Under the pieces are notes generated by a model that ran no database searches, was not told the DNA's origin, and saw only the letters and a list, made by a program, of their open reading frames with translations. Below, piece after piece: positions 54,970 through 64,000 of a stretch of DNA of 64,000 nucleotides. Source of the DNA: the human T2T-CHM13v2.0 reference genome, Homo sapiens; NCBI RefSeq assembly GCF_009914755.1, contig NC_060928.1. The stretch is one strand, 5' to 3'. How positions within the stretch are numbered: position 1 is the stretch's first letter; every line of letters begins with the position of its first letter. Position numbers and translations under genes: made by a program.

Positions 54970-57539
54970 CCTTCTTACTATGATTCTTTGTAAAGGGACT
55001 ACAATTATATATATTATTAATATATTCTTTGACTTAATAATTTAGGAAAATACAATTTCCAATTTTTTGTTTTATTTAAAAATTTATCACTGACCAATAT
55101 TTTTATTGCATTATTGTCAAAGAATGGGCTCCAAATATTTTACTTAAATTTTTTTGGTAATTTATGGTCTTGGAAAACATTACACAGACACTTATAAATA
55201 AGAAGTTTTTCTATAAGTTATGAAGTTCTGTATGTGTATCTATTATATTAATGTTGGTACTTAGATTATTCAGAACCCTGTATCCCTATTTTTTTTGCAA
55301 CTTAATCTGTCAAAAGTAACAATGCTATGTTGAGTTCTTACACACACACATACACAGAGATATATATGGGTGTGTATATATATTTATTTATTGGGTTTTA
55401 GGATTCTATTTATAAAACATTTTTTGTTTGATATAAAAAGGTACTATTTGGCACATAAAGATTTACTATTATATCTTTATTATATATTCAGTATTTTATT
55501 CCTATGAAATAAGTCTCCTTGTCTTATAGAATGAATATTATTAATCTTGATTTATGCTTTGTCTAAAAAGGATATTGCCATCTCAATTAACTTAAATTTT
55601 CACCCATTTTTTGAAAAATATCTTACTCTTTCCACTAGAGTTTAAGAGGTTATGGCATAAAAAAATCTGGTGAATAATTTTTAAAAATATATACTATTAT
55701 GATTAAACTTTGCAATAAGAGTAGAACGATCTGAACTTGGTATATTAAATGATTTACAACTTGTAATGTGCTGCACATTTCAGTTACATGCCTAAGGAAA
55801 TAAATCAACTTGTCTTATCACCATTGGGGGAATTTTTCATGTGTGATCATTTGTATTTTAAAGTCTGCAGTATACACATTGTCTTTATAAACAATGATAT
55901 AACTGACTTTTCTTTAGTAAAGCTTATGCCTGAGTTTTCATGGGTTTATTTTGTTTGTTTGTGTAAAGCATAGTTCCCAGCACAGAAGGAGACATTTACT
56001 AAATGATAGACATATTTATTACAATGATATCACAAAAAAGTCTCTCAAAGTTTTTTCAGTTGACTTTATAATTGAAAAAACTTCTCCCTCAGTATTACTT
56101 TTTTATGTTTGGGAGTCTGATGTACCTAAGTCTAGATGGAGTAGTGAGATTGCTGCTGAGCAGATAATATTTTTGGTAAGTGCAGCCTTTATTTACTGGC
56201 TAAAGCAGGTGAGTAAGAGGGAAATAAAATGAGGGGTGTGTGTATATGTGTACGTGCATGCACACACATGCAAACACCATCGCTAGTTTAAGTTGTCATT
56301 CAAACGTTTTATAATTTACTTTGTGTTCATCTCTTAAATGTAAGTTTAAATTCTGGTCCCGGCAAGTTGTTTTCAAATATGTACTCGTAATAGGAAAAAA
56401 TATAGTAGTATTAAGGCATAATGTGGAAGTAGATGGTCTACTAACAGCAAGCTGCTAACATTTTTTGTTTGTTTGTTTGTTTAGCAAGTACATTCCTTAT
56501 ATACATTTATTTGTATATACAAATGCACGTATATATTTACATACATACAATCATGTCATGTGTGTAAATCTATACACTATATAATATATAGAGTCTGTAA
56601 TCAACAAACCACTATCAACCAGAGTATCTTGTAGCCTTTTCTGGTTCTGTGATCTTTGTATGAAAGTTACTATGATTTGCAGAAGGTAGTGGCATAGATC
56701 TAGCCGTGACAAGCCCTCTCCTTACTGTCCTTGTCTCTGGTTCTATATACCAAGGGACTCAATGGTGGCATCCTTTACTCTTCCTTTCCCTTCCTTTACA
56801 TTCTAGATTCTTTTCCCCTTGTCCCAATATTCCTATCAAGCTATTATGGTTTAGGTAAATGAAAAATTAGTTGCCTCTTCCCAAACAGCTGTAGACCTCT
56901 GGTAAAAAATTCATACAGATGTAAATATATATGCAGATTTTTCTGAAGCAAACCCCTCTCACTCCACTGCACTTGCAAATTTCCCCAAATACTGTTATGA
57001 TAATACTAGGTGATTTATTTTACATAAGGATACATCTGAAGGGTGCAGCACACTGTGATTTGCAAACCATTTAACTTGCTAAGATCAGATTGTTCTGCTT
57101 TATCTGCAAAGTTCACCCACAAGGAATTTAATATAAAGGCTTTTATTCTTGTTATTTCATGTATTGTACTCTTCTGAGATCTGATGGATGAGTTTGAAAT
57201 GGATGGGTGGGGGAGGAGAGAAGGAAATTAGCCACTTTGCATTTTCTATAAAAAAGCAACCCCTAACCCTCAATTTCCCACAAGACTGTTGAGAATATTC
57301 AAGGACACCTAGGAGAATGACTGCACAGTCTCATAGGGAGACATTATTACTCAGGTGCAGGGTGAATGGGTATGTGCCCAGGGAGCAATGAATCAGAATA
57401 TTGTCCCTCTTGCTCCTATGTATTACCTTGAAACTCGAAGGGTGAATAAGTGACTAAGTGTCTGCATCCTTGCTAAGAGTAAAGAAGACATTTTGTTCCC
57501 ATTTCCTCTCCTGAAGATGTTCATTGCATACTGGTATTG

Positions 57540-57695
57540 TACCAGGGAGTCATGGAACCAAAGTTGATATCCTAGCTTTGTCATGACTTGTGTGGTATGG
57601 GGCAAATTGCTTTAACTTTTTGGATTCCTCATGTGTAAAATGAGTGACGGAATGAACATGACATCTAAGATCCTTGCAACTCTCAAGTTTTGTAT
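57540..57695 (+). mobile_element. MIR3/MIR fragment
   Basis: atcctagctttgtca..gggcaaattgctttaac..ttcctcatgtgtaaaatgag. Confidence 0.65.
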
Positions 57696-57824
57696 ATTAT
57701 CTCCCTTTACTTACTTCCCCACCCTCCCTTCCTGAACTATGATTTCACTTTCCTTTTATAATAATGTTTTCTTTTTAAAAAATATATGCACAACTTATTC
57801 TGGTGAATGGTTTATTTTCTTTCC

Positions 57825-58260
57825 ATTTATACACTTAATTAAACATTTATTGATCTTCTACAATGTGTCAAGCACTGGAATAAAAATATTGAAAAAGATG
57901 GTAAAAATTTCCTTTAAAAAATAATAAAGACATTAAAATGCTTTATTATGTAGTGTAATGTGCTAGAACTGAGGAAGTGCAAGCTGTTATGGGATCAGAT
58001 AGGTGGATGGGCATCTGCCTAGTGGAGATTAGAAAAGAAATTCTGAAGATGTGGTATTGAAGGCTTGAAAGTTAGATAGGAAATAACTAAACAGATGGGA
58101 AATATTAGGAGATCAATAGACAAGGTTTGGTGGTTTATAAGGTATAGGAGGTGGGGAGGAAGAAAGAAGAGTAAGATAATCCTGGCTTGTGGATAGTGGA
58201 TGCGTTTGGGAAAACAGAAAGAGAAGAAAAGGTAGGGGGTAAATAAAAGTGTTTAGCAGA
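57825..58260 (-). mobile_element. L2 fragment
   Basis: aaacatttattgatcttctacaatgtgtcaagcactgg.. Confidence 0.55.
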
Positions 58261-59023
58261 GGCTGACTCAATGAGAAAGCCACTGGTAATAATGCCAGTA
58301 TTTTATATTTGGGTGGTGCTTTTCAGAAAAAAGCACTTCCATGTACCTTTTTTCACTTAAGGCTCATAACAAACTGGTAGATAGAAATTATTATTCTTGA
58401 TATTCAAATGTAAAAAAATTTCAAAACTTGGAGATAGGCAAATAAATGACATGTCCTCTTGATGTCACAGTGTCTAACAGCATTATATAATTTTTCTAGG
58501 GTAGGTATCTTTCTTTCACTTACTATTTACTGTTGATTAGGGTATTTTTACAACTCTGGAAGGGTAGATGTTCACTTGTAGAAAATTGATGGAGATGCAA
58601 ATAATTCGTAGCTGGTAGAATAAGAATTTTGCCTGGTAGGCACACACATAATTTCTGGTAAAAAAGTTAACCCCAAAGTTTTTATTGTTTTGTAAGACTC
58701 TAACTAGTTGTGTATCTTATTCCATTTTGGCATCTAATTTAGTACTCTTATTCCAGCACTTTCTTTCTGCTTCTTCTACTACCCTTTTAAATAGCTTTAC
58801 CATCCTGTTGGCTCCCTCATTAGTGAGTTAAATAAATCTTTGACATGTGTTCATTCTATATTTGTATTATAGTCATGGTTTTAGCTTTTTAAAAGGTATT
58901 TTGAAAGGGACGAAGCAAAAGAAGGTCTCAAGAGATAAGTGATTTGCTCCAAGTCATGCTGTTATAGGAAGAGCAGGAACTGGAACTTAGATTTTAAGAC
59001 TGTAATCTGGTGTATTTTGTGAG

Positions 59024-59027
59024 ATCG

Positions 59028-59072
<45 letters not shown>

Positions 59073-59084
59073 CCTACCTACCTA
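59024..59084. repeat. (TATC)n/(TACC)n tetranucleotide STR
   Basis: 10 tatc units at 59031-59070 followed by 3 tacc units. Confidence 0.97.
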
Positions 59085-59469
59085 TACCTATTAGCTACCT
59101 ATTTCTAAAGGGTAGTTCTGAACAGTTCATAGTTGCTGCTATGTTTTTGTTTTAATAAGTATAGATATGTATCCAGAAAAGCAGCAAGCAGAAAAGCTAA
59201 TTTTAATTCATTAATTTTAAAAATTCACCAATATTTTTTAGTTCTCTCTGTCTGTGCTCTTCTATTAGTTTTTGAATCATCACAGATATCATGACTTTAT
59301 GTATAAACACCCCAAAACTAATTGCTAGCTTCAATTTTTCTGGAAACAGGTAATTTGGGAATTAGGAAATAATCCTGAATATTTTGTTGGATTTAGTTTC
59401 CTTAGTTTCATTGGCAAAAATATTGTATAGGTTATCAGCCCAAATTTTCACCACATTTTGAAATTCCCC

Positions 59470-59967
59470 TGTGATGGTTAAATTTTATGTGTCAATTTTA
59501 CTGGGCCACTGGGTGCCCAGATATATTGGTCTAGCATTATTCTGAGTGTTTCTGTGAGGGTGCTTTGGGATGAGATTAACATTTAAATTGGTGGACTGAG
59601 TAGATTGCCCCCCATAATGTGGGTGAGCATCATCCAATCAGTTGAAGGCCAGAATAGAACAAAAAGGTTGATCCTCTCAGAAATAAGAGAGATTTCCTCC
59701 TGCCTGACTGCTTTTGAACTGGGACACTGGTGTTTTCTTGCCTTTGGGCCTGAACTGAAATACCAGCTCTTCCTGGGCTCAAGCTTGCAGGTCTTTGGAC
59801 TGAAACTACAGCATCAGCTCTCCTGGGTCCCCAAGCTTGCTGATTCACTCTGCAGAACTTGGGACTTGTCAGCCTGCACAATCTCATGAGTTAATTCCTT
59901 AAAGAAAATCTTTTTCTATGTATATATACATTCTATAGGTTCTGTTTCTCCGGAGAACTCTGATATA
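59470..59967 (+). mobile_element. MLT2D-like ERVL solo LTR
   Basis: tgtgatggttaaattttatgtgtcaa..gggtgcccagatat..catccaatcagttgaaggcc..ttctgtttctccggagaac. Confidence 0.88.
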
Positions 59968-60139
59968 CTGTACTTCAAAATTTCTAAATATGGTAATTTT
60001 AGTGTCAGATATTTGGACTGCTTCAGCTGTTAGTCAGTTCTGCCTAAAAGAGAACCATGATTTATTTCTCTATAATTTTCACTCACTGGGTCTAGGTCTT
60101 TATAATGATCTCATTTCCAGAATTTTAATTTGGCTTTCA

Positions 60140-60285
60140 CATGCACCAGGTGTCCTCTTTTTAGGCAAATATTCCCAGGTTCTTCATATGATTTTGACCT
60201 TCTTGCCATCCTAGGTGCTATTTCTAGCTGTCAATATTTTCTTTAATATGTAGCACCCAGAAAGAAGTACCACATTGAGGAGGTT
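60140..60285 (-). mobile_element. L3/CR1 fragment
   Basis: aaatattcccaggttcttcatatg..ccatcctaggtgc..tgtcaatattttctttaatatgtagcacccagaa. Confidence 0.6.
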
Positions 60286-60857
60286 ATCCACTCTGCAATA
60301 ATAACTTCAAAGACTATAATAATGGACAACCTTTATTGAGGGATTACTGTATATCAGTTTCTTTCATTTAATCTGTACAGTAACCCAGAGGATTATAATT
60401 TCTTTCTCCCACACAGGAAAACTTAGGTCAAGGAGTTTACATCACACATCTATCAGAATGTAAGAACTAGAGTTTAAAATCTGGTCTAGCATTAAAAGCC
60501 GTTCTCTTAAGAGTGGTATATTCTTGTTTGGATACCTCATTGTGAGTACAACTTAAGATAGAATTAAACTGTTCAAGATGTCAGATTTCACACTTATTTT
60601 CTCCCCTATAGATTTCCTTAAAATAAATAATTTAAAAGATATAAACTCTACAATAACAAAGAGAATGAAGAGTAGAATGGCGTAGGATAGAAAACGTAAT
60701 AATAAGCACTTATGTTCTATTTGATGTTGTAATCATGTACACTTACTCCTTTCATAAAAATATAAAAATATAAGAAAAGTATTTTCACAAGAAGGTCAAA
60801 GTGTTGACTCATAGAGCTGTAGTCAACTCTAATCTTTATGTCATTTATTTGTTTATT

Positions 60858-61150
60858 AAAATTTTTAATTATGGCAAAAATACATAAGACTTACCATTTT
60901 AACCATTTTTAAGTGTACATTTCAGCAGTGTTTTGTATATTCACATTGTTGTGCAACAAATCTCTAGAATCTTTTCATCTTGCAAAACTGAAACTCTATG
61001 CCTATGGAGCAATAGCTTCCCATTTCCACTACCTCCCAGCTCCTGGCACCCACCATTTTACTTTCTGTTCTGAGGAGTGAGTGGTGTCTTAAAGTATTTA
61101 TATTTTTGTGACTGGCTCATTTCACTTAGCATAATATCCTCAAGTTTATT
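60858..61150 (-). mobile_element. L1MB 3' end
   Basis: ttaccattttaaccatttttaagtgtaca..ttcatcttgcaaaactgaaactct..tttcacttagcataat. Confidence 0.9.
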
Positions 61151-61237
61151 AATCCTTATGTCTTTTGTGCAGAATTTTTCTATTGGGACAGAGTCTTTCT
61201 ATATTTATTTATAATTAACTTACATTAAAAAGTATTC

Positions 61238-61532
<295 letters not shown>

Positions 61533-61733
61533 AGAAGTATTCTTTTTCTTGATTTTAGAAGCAATATAGGTTCACTGTAGAGCATTTGAATATTAGTGAA
61601 AGTATAAAAAGAATAAAAATATTGACCCACAACTCTACCATTCAGAGGCAACAACTATTGTAATTATGGTGTATATTTCCTTTCAGTCTTCTCTTTAAGA
61701 AAAAACATTAATCATAGTTGAGATCCTAATGTA

Positions 61734-62219
61734 CAGTTAACCCTTGGAAAATATGTGTTTGAACTGTGTGGGTTCACTTATCCGTGACTTTTTTTCAGTG
61801 AAAGTTACATCGAGTGTGCCTGCCTCTCCTGCCTCTCCTTCCACCTCCTCTAACTCTCCTGCTTCTACCACCCCTGAGACAGCAAGACCAACCTCTCGTC
61901 AGCCTATTCAATGTGAAGAAAATAAGGAGGAAGACCTTATGAGGACCTACGTCCAATCAATAAATAGTAAATATATTTTCTCTTCCTTATGATGTTCTTA
62001 ATATTTTCTTTCCTCTATCTTACTTTATTGTAAGAATACGGTATTTAATACACATAACATACAAAATATGTGCTAATCGTCTGTGTATGTTATCAGTAAG
62101 GCTTCCAGTCAATAGTAGTGTATTAGTAGTTAAGTTTTGGTGACTCAAAAGTTATACATGGATTTTTGACTGAACAGGGATTGGCGCCTCTAAGTCCCAC
62201 ACTGTTCACAGGTCGACTG
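61734..62219. mobile_element. Tigger2a DNA transposon
   Basis: TIRs cagttaacccttg / cacaggtcgactg flanked by TA on both sides; internal cccctgagacagcaagaccaacc. Confidence 0.9.
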
Positions 62220-62267
62220 TATTTATAAATACATATCCTTGTTTTTCCTTCTAACATTATAACATGT

Positions 62268-62650
62268 TGTGTTAGTTTGCTAGGGCTGCCATAACAAAAT
62301 ACCAAAGACTGAGTGGCTTAAACAACAGAAATGTGTTTTCTCACAGTTTTGGAGGCTGAAAGTCCAAGATCTAGGTGCCTGCGGGATTGGTTTCTTCTGA
62401 AGCCACTCTCCTTGGTGTGCAAGTGCTGCCTCTTCACATGGTCATTCCTCTATGCATACATGGGCCTGGTTTCTTTTTTGTGGAGCCTAATCTTCTCTTC
62501 TTATAAAGACATGAGTCAGATTGAGTTAGGGCCCACCCTAATGGTCTCATTACTTAATTACATAACTCTTTACAGGTTCTATCTCCAAATATAGTCACAT
62601 TCTGAGGTGCTGGGATTTAGGACTTTAATATGTGAATTCAGTCCACAACA
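62268..62650 (-). mobile_element. MLT1A/B MaLR solo LTR
   Basis: tgtgttagtttgctagggctgccataacaaa..aattcagtccacaaca; TSD catgt/catct. Confidence 0.9.
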
Positions 62651-62659
62651 CATCTATGT

Positions 62660-64000
<1,341 letters not shown>

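Overview
This window is primate, most likely human, non-coding genomic DNA. It is AT-rich, CpG-depleted and has no CpG island. It is dominated by interspersed repeats: about 18 Alu/FLAM copies, old L1 (PA/PB/MB/MC/ME) fragments, L2, MIR, CR1/L3, solo LTRs (MER48, LTR9, MLT2A/D/F, THE1, MST/MLT1, LTR47, MER21/77) and DNA-transposon fossils (Charlie, MER104, MADE2, MER20, MER58, MER96B, Tigger2a). I could not support any protein-coding exon, RNA gene or CRISPR-like array; the supplied ORFs are short chance or repeat-derived frames. I did not find an undescribed biological system. The best directly visible oddities are an AluJ whose tail has expanded into a ~1.2-kb AT-rich tract with 11 perfect 26-bp units (one 15-bp TSD brackets both), a template-switch scar at that Alu's head, an L1PB with a short 3' transduction inside its TSDs, a CR1 ORF2 fossil missing its RT core, several perfect palindromes, two tight inverted Alu pairs, and solo LTRs with OCT4- or DUX4-type motifs. 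L1 orientation bias hints that the window is an intron of a + strand gene. Repeat subfamily names come from recalled consensus sequences, and boundaries without a TSD are approximate.
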